Source of the DNA: Octopus bimaculoides
Taxonomy: Eukaryota
Assembly (NCBI RefSeq): GCF_001194135.2
Contig: NC_068982.1
Span: forward strand, 182,364,908 to 182,428,907
Reading direction: 5' to 3'
Length of the DNA stretch: 64,000 bases
The notes under the pieces were generated by a model. That model was not told where the DNA came from and did no database searches. It saw only the letters and a list, made by a program, of their open reading frames with translations. How positions within the stretch are numbered: position 1 is the first letter of the stretch; every line of letters begins with the position of its first letter. The position numbers were made by a program, and so were the translations under genes. Shown here piece by piece: positions 39,917-53,508 of this stretch.

Positions 39917-40103
39917 GTTGTAGGGCGATCTTCTCCCCTGTCATTCAATAATAGACACGTGCTTCCAGCGGCTATAAGGGATTTTAACTCTTGTTTCTAG
40001 CAATATATGTGCTACCCTGCAATGTCAGTAACAATTAATGATAATTAAATTTTTCCACTTCGGTTTCTGCGTATGGCCGCCATTGTTATCATATACATGT
40101 ATG

Positions 40104-40135
<32 letters not shown>

Positions 40136-40137
40136 CG

Positions 40138-40170
<33 letters not shown>

Positions 40171-40324
40171 TTCCCCTTGACCATATCGGTACCAACAATC
40201 AGTTGTTAGAACTCAAATTCTTTATGCTTTATAATATTGTTAAGATCTGGATGTGTGAACGTATGAATTTTAAGGGTGTTCCGCTTTGGAATCTTATATA
40301 ATATACCTGATGGTCTATATATGT

Positions 40325-40399
<75 letters not shown>

Positions 40400-40405
40400 G
40401 GATAG

Positions 40406-40495
<90 letters not shown>
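40325..40495. repeat. (GATA)n microsatellite
   Basis: Directly visible, about 170 bp. Confidence 0.97.
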
Positions 40496-41498
40496 TGGCA
40501 GGCATGTCAATGAAAGTGAGAAAGATTTCTGTATATATAGATGTATGCCTTTGAGTTTGTGCCAAACTCTTGTTTACCTTAGACGTATTTCTATTTGAAA
40601 TAAGATGAAAGAGATCCACTGCATAACATGTGAATAGAAATGTATATCACTTATCTATTGATTTCGTTATATTACTTCTGCGATATAATTCACGCTAACC
40701 CATCTGTTGCAAAGTGATCATTTCACTCTATTGAATAAATGTAAAGAAAATCCCAAAACTATTTGGCAAAATAAGCTGGAAATGAATCTTCATTTGTGCT
40801 TTTAATCTTTGTGATTTATATGTGTAAATTATATTTGTACTATATTTTCATCGAAATAACAATGCACACACGATATCATACACGGCCATCATCTTAACAA
40901 AAGCAACGAGTAAGTTTGTTATAGCTTAATGCTACATATAGATATTATCAATGCAAAATACATTGATATCTATCTAACAAAAAATTAGCTAGTTAGGATA
41001 AACATTTAACTGCAATAACAAAAAAGTGTTATTTCGTGTTAAATCGCTCTGAAAGTGGAGCATATTCAGATAACAACGACATAGAATTACACTAAAATCG
41101 CAGTAAAACCAGAGTGAACTAGAAAAGCGTGGTATTAAACAAATCACTGGTTTCTGTACTAGTATAAATAGAATGTAATAATATCTTCTAGAACACCTGA
41201 TAGTGATTTAAGTATCAAATATGCGAGAACTTGTCACAGAACTCCATCACTAGATTTGAACAATGATACAAATATCACACGACGAAAAATATTTCCTATA
41301 TAGGCCTGCATAACTACAAAATTAAAATAATTTTTAAACACAATTCCGAAATTTATATTCGTATATTAAGTATACATCTGTATTGCTTCTAGTTGCGACT
41401 GGTAGTGTTCAGGAAATGTAGGCAATGCCACAAAAACGAAATACTTAGGAATCTGTGGAGTACTTAAATATTGGCTTGAGACATATATGCAGTTCTTA

Positions 41499-42200
41499 AG
41501 GATGAAAGGATAAAGTCGACCCCGGTGGGTACCTCTTAAATATTAATTTCACATTTTGGCACATGGCCGGCAATTTCAGAAAATAGGGGATAAGTGGATT
41601 ACATCGATCCAATGTTGAACTTGTACTTATTTTATCGACTCCGAGAGAATGAATGGCGAAGTCGATCACGGCAGAATTTGAACTCAAAACGTAGAGACGC
41701 ACGACATACTGCTAAGAATTTTGCCTAGTGCGGTAACCATTCTGCCACGCCCTCCGCCTAAGTCTTAAATTTCGGCGCAAGGCTAACAACAGGGGGGGGG
41801 AGGGGAAAATCGATTACATCGACCCCAGAATTCCACTAGTAATTATTTTGTCGAATCCAAAAGCATGAAAGATAAAGTTGATGGAGGCAGAATTTGAACT
41901 CACAACATAAAGACGAACGAAATGCTGCTACGCATTTTCCCAACACGCAATCGACTTTGCCAGGTCGCTGCTTTGCAGTTCTTAAATATTGATTTCAAAT
42001 TTTGGCACAAGACCAGCAATTTCGGGGAAGGAATAGGTTGATTCCATAGATCTCAATGTTCAACTGGTATTTATTTCATCGAACCCTTTAATATGAATGT
42101 CAACCTCCAGGTAATTTGAACTCAGAACGTAGCGACGTCCGAAATTCTGCTAAGCAGCTTGCCAGGCGTGCTATTCATTCTGCCAGCACGTCACCTTTCA
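41499..42200 (-). mobile_element. Head-to-tail trimer (plus a partial fourth unit) of SINE family 2
   Basis: Diverged units at about 41535-41760, 41765-41970 and 41986-42195, each with head, B-box, central domain and tail; partial unit 41499-41528. Confidence 0.85.
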
Positions 42201-42882
42201 TAAAAGTAGGTATTAGTAGTCAAAGTAAACAAAATTGTAGTTCTTAAATATAAATATCAATGAACTACGGCCCGAACACTTACGCAGACATGAAGTATGT
42301 ATGAATTTGGGAACAGAACATATTCCCAGGAACCTGTTCCTCATCAATCTATTATTATTGTAGAAAATCTAGTAGGATATATGTCCGTTCAATTATGAAG
42401 AGAAAATATTTTTAAGTACTACACAGCGGTTTCAGAGCAGTTACTAGATACTTCTAGCGAGTATTATTCTTTCATTTTATTTTATGTATATTTGATAATA
42501 AGTTGAAATAACAGAGTGAGATTGTTATAATAACGGTCCCTGGGAACATACGGAATTTATCGTCTTAATGTTCATTGCTTACATACTCTGATGTAGTTTC
42601 TTGAAATGTAAGATGCAGAAAATGGATGTACACTTCGTTCATTGAAACTTCTAACTTCTCAAGAATAATAAATACAAATATGTTTGAACTGATCAAAATC
42701 CATTTAGACGCAGGATGATGCTACAACTAAAATATTCTACTTTGCAGAGAAAGAACACGCTAAGTATTTAAACCCTATATCCTTTGGAAGACAAGCGTTA
42801 CGCGTTTATTTAGAACATAAAAGAGCGTACATCGCAACGCGAATGTGTGTGTGTGTGCGTGTTTGTGGTGTGTGTGCGTGTG

Positions 42883-42936
<54 letters not shown>

Positions 42937-43255
42937 GTAAAATTCAAAATGCAACATGGAAACGATTAATGGGAAAAGAACGAAGGACAAAGAAACACGG
43001 AAATATTACACACAGGACAAGAAACTTCAAACTGCAGGCGATATGTCAGCACGTTTGAGTCCGAAGACTTCAACTTCCTTGGTTCTGCTCGTCTGATTGT
43101 GGTAGTGATATAGTGGATACAACTGAGATTATGCACTAAGACACAACGGGAAAGACTACAAAGTACAAGTGGCACGGAAAATTATTACTGATAGAAGCAA
43201 GAAAGTATATATACAAATATATATATCATCATCATCATTAATATTATTTCACTTA

Positions 43256-44575
43256 CGCATAGCAAAACTAATAACTTGTTAAAACTCATTATTGTAGAAG
43301 TGAAGCCTTAGTGGATTATCTTACCCGCTTGTAGAAAGATGGTTAAAACCATGTTAGATGATGAATCCGAGCAAGACATGAGCAAGATTCTGCTCTCAAA
43401 TATACAATCCATAGGAGAATTATGGATTTATCTGTTGATACAGAGGAAAATGTACAAAAATAAACTTAAGAACTCAGAATTTGCTGTACAGGTTGACGAA
43501 TCAACTGACATTAGCAACAAAGCACAATTACTTACATTTATTGGCTTTATTGATGGTAATCAAATCTTAAATCAGTTCTTCTGTTGCGAAGAAATGCTAC
43601 TCACTACAAGAGGTAAGATATTTTTGGCATTTTATCTGCCAATCTCGAAAAAATAGAATTTATCCGGGAATGTGTTGGAATATGTACCGACGGGGCACCA
43701 TCCAGAAAGGTTTTGTATCGCTCGTACAACAGCAAAATCCAAATGTATTATGTACTCATTGCTTCCTACATAGGAATGCACTATGGAAGTTTCAAAAACA
43801 ATACTAATTGAGTTAAAACAAGTATTAAACCAAGTTGTTGAAATGGTTAATTATATTAAAGGTAGGCCGTTGAAGTGTCGCATATTTAAACAATATGGAT
43901 TCCGAGCACAAACGCTTACTTTTGCACACAAAAGTCAGATGGCTCTCAAAAGCTAAGGTGCATACATGAACTCCAGAAGGAATTGCATGCATTTTTGAAA
44001 GAAGAAAAACATGAACGCTTCTTGGATTATCTACAATGTGAATTCTGGTTTCCAAGCTGGAATATTTAACATAATAGTATCAACACAAGTATACAAGGTA
44101 GAGATGAAAACATTCTTACTTCGACAGGTAAGCTAGTTTCATTTAAAACGGAAGTTGTAATTAGGAAAAATAGAGCTGAATGTGGTAACTTCGAAATGTT
44201 TCCCTTAATACGTAAAAACTGCATAAAAGAAGTGACTCCTATTGTATTTGAACATTTGACAAATCTGGAACAAAACGTAAACTTTTATTTTCCGTTATTG
44301 AACACAGAAGAGTATGACTGGGTTCGAAATCCCTTCATAAAAATTCCATCTAATATTGGTCTGAAAATGTGTGAAGAAGAGCAAGTGGCATCTATATCCA
44401 GTGATCGCACACTTAGAATCAAGTATCCTTAGTTACTTATTGATATATTTTGGATTGCTATTATAAGAGAATACACCTCAATAGCAAAACATGCTTTATC
44501 TGCTTTGATGAAGTTATCCACATCGTATTTATGTGAGTTGGGATTTTCAACCCTCAACAACATCAGATCAAAAAA
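43256..44575 (+). mobile_element. hAT transposase pseudogene, Buster/Charlie group (ZBED5/SCAND3-like)
   Basis: EFAVQVDESTDISNKAQLL, CVGICTDGAPS, THCFLHRNAL, LLLHTKVRWLS, YDWVRNPF, STSYLCELGFSTL. Frameshifted; TIRs not found. Confidence 0.92.
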
Positions 44576-45654
44576 CCTCTCTAAACTTTTCGCTCAAGTC
44601 TACTACACACATTCTTTCACCATAGCCAACAGTATGAAGAAAATTGCCTCGCCTTTTCGGTTAAGGGAAGGTGGCGGAGCAATTTTCACCTTTGTATTAT
44701 GTTAGAGCTGTAGACCACAACCGATATCAATCCTGTTTCTTGCATTAAGGTCGCTTTTTAGATTAGTCTAAAATCTTTCATAGCATTATTTCCATATATT
44801 CTCGCACATGTGAGTGATAAATGCCATCCCTTCTCACACACTCAAGAATTTAATCCGGAGGAAAACTACATTTGATTGCCGTAATCTTGTAGAGCTGTAC
44901 CGTGTAGGTTTTCAACAGTTTTTCTTTAAAGAATATAACTTTAGAACATTTACGAAGGCTGATCTCCATTTCAGTATCCCTACTAAATTGTTTTAGTAAA
45001 GTTAAACGCCGTTTCAGTTGTTGATCGCATTTCAGTTTTGATCTTCAAAACAAAGGAGATTATCAATTGGTTTCTCGTATATCCTGTATCCAAACCACTT
45101 GTCATTTAACAGCTTACTTATGGGAATAAGAGTCATGCAAACGAGAATTAGTAACAAAGAAGTTGTAGCTTACAGTAGATTATACAGTAAGATATATACA
45201 GTGAGATATTCTATTTTCCTTAATGATGGATATTATAACTATATTTAACCAACCTACGATTCTACTATATTGATTTGTGTTGCAAATCTTAGAATAATTG
45301 TTGCGACTTCTCAGCCGGTATGTTTAACCATCACCCATTCTAACGGAATTTTTGTTTTGAGATATTCAAATTCTGTGTCTTTTTCCACGTCTTCATTAAT
45401 CAATCTCATCTATAGGGACAATTTTATCGAATATCTCGGTTTGGAGATTTCTCCTACCAAATTCTACTTCCACATTGGAGGGGAGTTTTGCATCATAATT
45501 TGCATTCCTATTCGAAGGAGATTTTAGCAGAACGTATATTTGCATCTGATGCCTATCCATGCCAACCAGATGCTTATTATTAATCATGTTTCTGCGAACA
45601 TTAGATAATATATAGTACTCTATATCAGGTCTGTTACTAGGAGGATTTTTCTTC

Positions 45655-46000
45655 CTCAATTTTCACCGAGGTTGACTTTACTTTTCAACATTTCGCGATC
45701 GATAAAATAAGTCCCAGTTAAGGACGACGCTCGATATACTCCACTAAACCTCTCCGCCCAAAATTTCAGTCCTTGTACCTATATTGGTAAGAATTATTAA
45801 GGCAGAGTTGGCAGGATTTATAGTGCTTCGGACAAAATGCATTGTGGCATTTTTCCCGTCATAGACATTCGGCGTTCAAATTACGCCGAGAATAATGTTA
45901 CCCTTCAATAAAATAAAGTACCTGTTAAATACTACGGTCGATGTAATGTAATTAAGTCCTCCCTTAAAAACTGCTGTCCTTGTGACAAAATTATTATTAT
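45655..46000 (+). mobile_element. Tandem pair of degenerate SINE family 2 copies
   Basis: 3' part 45655-45800 followed by a full copy from AAGGCAGAGTTGGCAGG (about 45800) to an (ATT)n tail. Confidence 0.75.
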
Positions 46001-46045
46001 TATTATTATTATTAATATTAATATTATTATTATTATTACTACTAT

Positions 46046-46107
<62 letters not shown>

Positions 46108-46125
46108 TCAGCAACCATCATCATA
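45990..46125. repeat. Compound trinucleotide tract (ATT)->(ACT)->(ACC)->(ATC)
   Basis: Directly visible. Confidence 0.95.
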
Positions 46126-48194
46126 CTAATTACCATTAATATTTATATCTTTTGAACGAACTGACTTTTGAAGGTAGGATTGCGTCAGCAAATATAGATT
46201 TTATGATTATTGGTGGTATATAATTATTCATAAACAAAATTAATATCTAATAGCTTTATATTTGACATCAGTCTTTCCCGGCATATAATTGTCGCTGCTT
46301 TGGTATGATTTATCATGAAAATTTGCTTTTCTAATAAAGTTAGATCTTATCGTCTAACGCATGTTCTCTTTTCATAACTTATTTTATTTTTTGCATTCTA
46401 AGAGGATAGTAATTTTGCAATGATTAAACTATTTGATATATATATATATATANNNNNNNNNNNNNNNNNNNNNNNNNNNNNNNNNNNNNNNNNNNNNNNN
46501 NNNNNNNNNNNNNNNNNNNNNNNNNNNNNNNNNNNNNNNNNNNNNNNNNNNNNNNNNNNNNNNNNNNNNNNNNNNNNNNNNNNNNNNNNNNNNNNNNNNN
46601 NNNNNNNNNNNNNNNNNNNNNNNNNNNNNNNNNNNNNNNNNNNNNNNNNNNNNNNNNNNNNNNNNNNNNNNNNNNNNNNNNNNNNNNNNNNNNNNNNNNN
46701 NNNNNNNNNNNNNNNNNNNNNNNNNNNNNNNNNNNNNNNNNNNNNNNNNNNNNNNNNNNNNNNNNNNNNNNNNNNNNNNNNNNNNNNNNNNNNNNNNNNN
46801 NNNNNNNNNNNNNNNNNNNNNNNNNNNNNNNNNNNNNNNNNNNNNNNNNNNNNNNNNNNNNNNNNNNNNNNNNNNNNNNNNNNNNNNNNNNNNNNNNNNN
46901 NNNNNNNNNNNNNNNNNNNNNNNNNNNNNNNNNNNNNNNNNNNNNNNNNNNNNNNNNNNNNNNNNNNNNNNNNNNNNNNNNNNNNNNNNNNNNNNNNNNN
47001 NNNNNNNNNNNNNNNNNNNNNNNNNNNNNNNNNNNNNNNNNNNNNNNNNNNNNNNNNNNNNNNNNNNNNNNNNNNNNNNNNNNNNNNNNNNNNNNNNNNN
47101 NNNNNNNNNNNNNNNNNNNNNNNNNNNNNNNNNNNNNNNNNNNATATATATATATATATATATATACTCCGTATTTAGATTTATGTATAACATCGAGGTC
47201 CTTAGGAAATTACCAGCGTGAGAATCTTTTATAATACTTCATTATATATTTTACATTACATTCCCATAATGTATAGACATAATATCACACAATTTTGAGA
47301 GTCGTTAAAATGAAATTATATAAAATCAAGTATCTACCTATTACATATTTTTGTCGATCCTGAAATATAAATATCACAGCCAATCTCTGTGGGTTTCTGC
47401 TCAGAAGCCTAGAGAATGTAACTGAATATTACAAGGCAGAATGCCCATTATCGTATCGATACTGCATATCTGCTTACCACGCATACAGTAATTTATACAG
47501 TTCAGGACTTCTGCTTTAAATATTTGACCTACAGGTATGATGTCACACCCAAAATATGCAGTCATTTACTGCAAATCACATCAAAATCACATTAATCCAG
47601 ACGCAAGTTCGCGTATTTCTGATCATTGCTTGCTACGATATTAATGAAGATGAATGATTTCTTCTCAAAAAAACCACCACGGTAAGAAAAGAAATTAATT
47701 TGAAATGATCAGAAAGAATATTACAATTCCATGTTGGTGGATTAAACAATTACCGATGCATAAAGCGATAGCCGAATACTGTAACACGAGCAATTTGTTT
47801 GTCAGTGTGGCATAGTTTCATTACCAGAAATTCTTTGAATGTGTTCCCCAATTGTAGAGTTTTCGGACTACATGTGACAATCTTTATATTCCTTTATTTT
47901 TCAGGAACAGTGTGATGTATTGGTGAACAGAACAGTCAACGGTGCGGGAGAGCATTAAGTTATACCTATGACGTTACGGAAAATCTGATATGAATGTCTG
48001 GTAACTATCTCAATATTAGATAACAGTTACCTGCATCATGATGATTTGTTCCAGGTACCAAATTTTCGACATTATGACTGCTGCTCAAAACTCTGTGAAA
48101 ACTGCGACTGTTATAAGACTTGATATGGACAGTACAAATGAAACTATGAAGCCGTGAACAGCAGAAAGAAACGCAAGGCTGCTTCCGCACAATT

Positions 48195-48470
48195 CAGGCA
48201 CAATTCAGACGGGTGTGTGAAGCTGCTGGAGATTGTGGTCAATGCTTGCCTGGAGAGGCTTCCTGCTAGAACGTCATATTCGTGACAGCAGGATTCGGCT
48301 CCTTCCCATATATCCTAAAAGAGACAAAAGTGGTAGTCGGATAATTTCTGCGACTTCAATACCCCCATATAATCCCAAAGATTACTAGCTGCACGGCACA
48401 GTTGCGAAAAGCACCAGCCATTCTACCAACAAGATCAAGGTAAGCGGATGGGAGTTACTTTCAGTAAACT
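48195..48470 (+). mobile_element. DD37D (maT/mori-like) transposase fragment
   Basis: VKLLEIVVNACLERLPARTSYS*QQDSAPSHIS*KRQKW*SDNFCDF, homologous to the copy at 59140. Confidence 0.7.
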
Positions 48471-50289
48471 ATTACTTCCATTCATAATCTAGTTGATATA
48501 TTTTTATTTTTAAATATTTTAAATTTTGGATAGTATACTGTTTTCTTTTCCTTTTATATAAACTGTCAAATTCAGCCATAACTTCAAGCTATATCGATCC
48601 TATAACACGTAGGCACACTAAACATGTATAGATAATGGCAAAGGAATATATGAAGAGGGAAATTATGAAGACTTTGTCTTGTCTACCAGAAATCAAATAT
48701 CCTAAGTGATTACTTGTCTTTGCACTTCTCCCCGCATGTGGTTAAATTCTTTCAAATCACATACTCAAAAACAGGTTTGTTTCGGAAACCCATATTATTG
48801 AGCATTCAACCCTTTCCTACATGGAAAACCCTATTCTGTTTGTTTGGATAAACTTGACAAGTTATACAGATATAAATGGCTATAGGTCTGATAGCTTTAT
48901 TCTTCGTGAGGAAAGAATGCAATATCTACGATTCTTTACATGACACCTGCCATTAGCCGGAGGAGGAAAGGAAGATATCTCAAAGTTGATACCTTTCTCA
49001 AAGGATTTCAGCATAGTTTATACCGTTAAAGACACCAAGTGGCCAAATGGTGGTATTACACCGCGGTACGGATTAAATCTGACACTCAGTTCTGTTTCTG
49101 CTAATTCTTTGTGTTTCAGTCGTTATAGGAATTGTGTACAATAAACATAATTGTTTTGTTGTGTTCCGATTTTTTACTGCTTAAATTTTCGGTACTGATA
49201 TTATTATTCATGTGCTATTGTTAACGGCATTGTTAACAATGATGCAAATATTATTGCAGAACTGATAGTGTTCGCATTACGCTAAACATTTCCTTCCTTA
49301 TCAACCGAAGAAGCCCGTTGGCTATCACTAATACGCTGATCATATTCCATCATTACAAATGCAGGTATTCTGAAATAAAATTTCGCTATGAAAGAAGAAA
49401 TAAATTTCAAATAACGAAATTTCTTCTAAATAGTGACGATATATCACAATAAATCCATCCTCCGCTTCTTCGACGGAATCATAACAGATTAAATAACATA
49501 TTTTTAACTTACAATAATGTAAAGAAATATTATATCATAACAAACAACAGATGCCTACTGTATTGACTCACCAGGCGAAAATGGTGGAAAATAAAGCAAC
49601 AATTTAAGCTAAAGATTCGGAGGAGGGCAATAGCGAATTTTATCGATTCAACATTTTAGGGGTGATTTATATATTAGGATTTGAAAGTATAAAAGTATAA
49701 AATTTTCACCTGCACTGGATTTGAATTCAGAAACAGTCAGTGGAGCAAAATATTAGGCAATATATCAAAATAAGTTACACATTTTGTATACAAAATAAAT
49801 GCAAGTCGCTTCAAAGCCTTACGTAATTCCAAGAATCCCGCATCCAAGACATCACTGTATTTCCTTCGCTTTCTGCAGGCTAGCACTACAGAAACGCCCA
49901 TTTAAATTTTATGTTTTAAACTTAATCGGCTATACAGACGCTATGTGATTACAGGATCTGTCGATGGATCTTTGACGTTATCTTCCCATCTAGAAGAGCA
50001 CGTACTCATGCCACTCAATCTTAATCAGAACAACTTTTGGCTCATCATCTTTTCGAGGCAACATTAAACCGAATATAGTGATGTTAGCCCTTAACTTGGT
50101 ATATAGCTCGTGTACACTGCAATATTTGTCATAGACTAGCGCTTACATTTTTTCTGGTACCGCATTATATATATATCGCTTTTTTTTCCGTTTACGTTTA
50201 TTTTCAGTTTCTTTCTTACTGTACACTGCACATTATCTCCTTTCTGTAGTCTACATATACTGCATACCATTTCAAAATCCCTGATGTTG

Positions 50290-50880
50290 TTAACGTTGAT
50301 GCGAAACTTCGTTTGGATCAGTTCTGGCTATGAAAGGAGATGCGTCCGACATAGAAATTGCGTTAGCAGGAGCCATGCTCTTTACATTTAAGACCTAGCG
50401 TTATTGGTGCTGCTGTCGCTGCTTCAGCTAATGCCTGCTCCTTTTTTTTATACTTTTCGTCTAATCAGAAGGCACTCCCCATGTGACATTTGCTTCCACT
50501 ACATGCAGCAGCTGGATGATTCTAATATGTGATACCATAGTCTGGTTCCATAACAATTCACATGTCTTGGATCATCAAGTTTCACCGGAAAATGCAAATC
50601 CGTGCTACTGCCACTAGATCATAACTTCGTTCAGGTATAGGCGAATTTACCATCACCCCTACTGATTGTCACTGATGACGACTAGCTGAATGTCAGCATT
50701 CGTGCAAATAACACTGTCCCTGGTTTTGTTATTCATGAGACGTCTGTACGGGGTCACACATGACTATGGCGGGATTACAGATCAACGGTTGTCCCGTCCA
50801 CTTGTCTGATTCTTAGTATTAAACTCAGACATCGCTCATGTATTACTTGCACCAAGCAATGAACACGCAACGTGACACAC
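50290..50880 (-). mobile_element. Possible highly degraded RTE-like LINE 5' region
   Basis: Weak similarity only: IPERSYDLVAV resembles the RPERRTALVA segment at the start of RTE APE domains; the region is less AT-rich than its flanks. Confidence 0.2.
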
Positions 50881-53443
50881 TATCACACTATCATCAGCGA
50901 TTCTTCCAAGTTCTCCTCCCAGGGTATAAGGCCTGCCTTCCAATTTTGTAATAGAGGTATACTGAATTTCTCCTCAACACAGTCTTTAATTAACACCCCC
51001 GCTGCCAAGTAGTCGCAATAATTTATTTAAGACATATTTCGTTATTCTCTTTGGTCCACCATCACAATAGTTATTATTATTGATTTTAATATAGTCTTTT
51101 ATTGACGGTTCAGTTTTCCCTCCCCGCCTGAAATTATTGTTTTCTTATGTATTTTGATGTATATCTTTTTGTTCCTTTTACTTTTATCATCTGAGTCTCT
51201 CCCTTAATGATTAGGTTTTCTTTGTTTCTTTTCTTATATATTTGATTTTATAATTCATTATAATTGTCTGGAAATATTTCGTTCATTTATGGTTATTGGA
51301 ATTACTAATACTACCACTGTTAGAACATTCTACTCAGGTGATTTTGAACCAGGAAAAAAAGCAGAAATCCTTCATTGCAATAAAAAAGAAGTAAAAATTG
51401 CACCTAATGAAAAACATTCAACTCCAGGAAATAGAGTAGACCTTATATAACATAAAAGATTTCTGTTATTAAAAATGAAACGTTAGAATACATTAATCAC
51501 AACCCCGGAATTCCAAACATATATAGAGTGCTACAATATCGTATGATTATTTTAGGCCATCCCATTGTTTTTCTGCACTTGTTTCATTCTTATTGTGACA
51601 ATCTCTGCTTCCTCACAATCCATTTACTATGAGACCAGCTAGCAGTTTCCAAACCAATGGAAAGCACGTAATAGGCCTAAAATTATCAGCTGCTTCCTTT
51701 TCTTTATCGTGCTATAATAATACTATTTTACTTCTTTGCCTTCAATATATGAGGTCTCTTGTCTAAACGCTCAAGAAATTATTGTATAAAACTGTGCTGT
51801 GAAATGTTTAAGCCTGAATCCTTGAACACCATCGGTTTGTTACTTTCTCTTCTGTAGGGTGTATGTGTGTGTGTATGTGTGCGTGTGTATGTGTGTGTGT
51901 GTATGTGTATGGGTGTGTGTATGTGTGTGTGTGCGTGCGTGTGTGTGTGTGTGCATGTGTGTGTGTGTGTGTGTGTGTGTGTTGTCAAGTATATTGAAAA
52001 AACTTGGACCTACTAATTAGCTTGCGAAAAAAAAAATAGAAAATAATCTTCTGTTATACATTGCACGTGTTAAGTGAAAACGATCTGGTTTCTATTGCTC
52101 AAGCAGTAAAGATTCATAACAAAGTTGTTGGCATGAATAAGCGTGCAGTATAAGATATGAAGATTAAATCTGGTACATAAATAATGTACGAAGGCAAGCA
52201 AAATGAGATGGGTGAGAGAAATCAAAGGGAGAAAAGCAAAAAAGACCATTCTTCAAGAAATAGATACAGCTAATAATGTGACAGTATAAAACAGAAATAA
52301 TGAATAAAGCATTCGCTAGATATAGAAGAAACATTACAAAGTGACTTAGTTACCATCGCTCACAACCTCGAATCACTCTGAAACAGTAAAATGTCAACTA
52401 CGTCTTAACTTCTTTGCCGTCGATACACAGCTTTATAAGCAAAGGAGCTTATTCAGCTTTTCTAGTTCAGAAATTTCACCAACCTTTTATAAAATGTATT
52501 GGCGGGCAGCATCTGGCTCACTATGTAATACTTGAAGAATTTCACGAATGCTTGGAGTGAGATAAAGCTCATTTTTAAATTTTTTCAAGTGCTCCTATTC
52601 TCTGTCTTACTTCGCTATGTGCGTTTGTCAGAAGATTTACCCATCTTTGTTTAGTAAAGGAAGGCATTGTTTCTATGTGTACATTAGACTCGACTCACAG
52701 CCGCATTATCGTCCTTTGCGATATAACCCGAAATTTAGCAATACGCAGAAATTGTGAATGACTGCATGTCGTACATTTCCGTCACCTTTCGCTACCGGAT
52801 GACATCTATAACGATAAAACAGAAGGAAGGGTAGTTGCAAGCTGTATGATTTCACTCGGTGTTTTACATTTCCAGGTAACGAAGATCTCAATATTACTTA
52901 CAATACAATATGGTAAATATAATTTTTCTTCTTGTATGTGTACACTCTTTGTACGATTACGCGCTTTACACAAGTATCAGTTTAGAGATCATATTTTAAA
53001 ACAGAATACACGTTATATGTATGTGTGGCGAATTGTGTATATGTGTCTATGTATGCTTCAACTGCATATGTGATAATATGACGGTGATAATGAAGTTGAT
53101 CATGAGATGAATAAATGTTGACATAACGTCAACGACGATGACAACGACGACGACGGCGACGAAGACAACGATGATGACGCTGATGATGATGATGACAGAG
53201 CGGATGAAGCGCTGCAATAACAGCAGGCAGAGCAAGAGTACCTTAAGACTGCCAAAGAGTTTCTTTATAAATAAAGATGGTATTGACGACGACTGGCGCA
53301 ATGACGAAAATAGTGATGTGGAGCTGGTGTGATGTTGCATAGACTGTATTGACGATGATGATAATGATCTTGCTCAGAATGATATACGTGATAATTCGTA
53401 ATGATAGTCATAAGCTTATTCTTGGTGAGATATTCATAAATTA

Positions 53444-53508
<65 letters not shown>

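Noticed and set aside
43050-43075. UUCG-capped hairpin followed by AAAC on the minus strand (hammerhead-like)
   Set aside because: Lacks both the CUGANGA and GAAA cores.
46420-47221. ORFs of 252-262 aa
   Set aside because: Composed of N-gap and (TA)n.
52876-52912. 37-nt exon candidate (TTTCCAG|...ATG|GTAAAT)
   Set aside because: Good splice sites, but too short to assign and not linkable to any gene.
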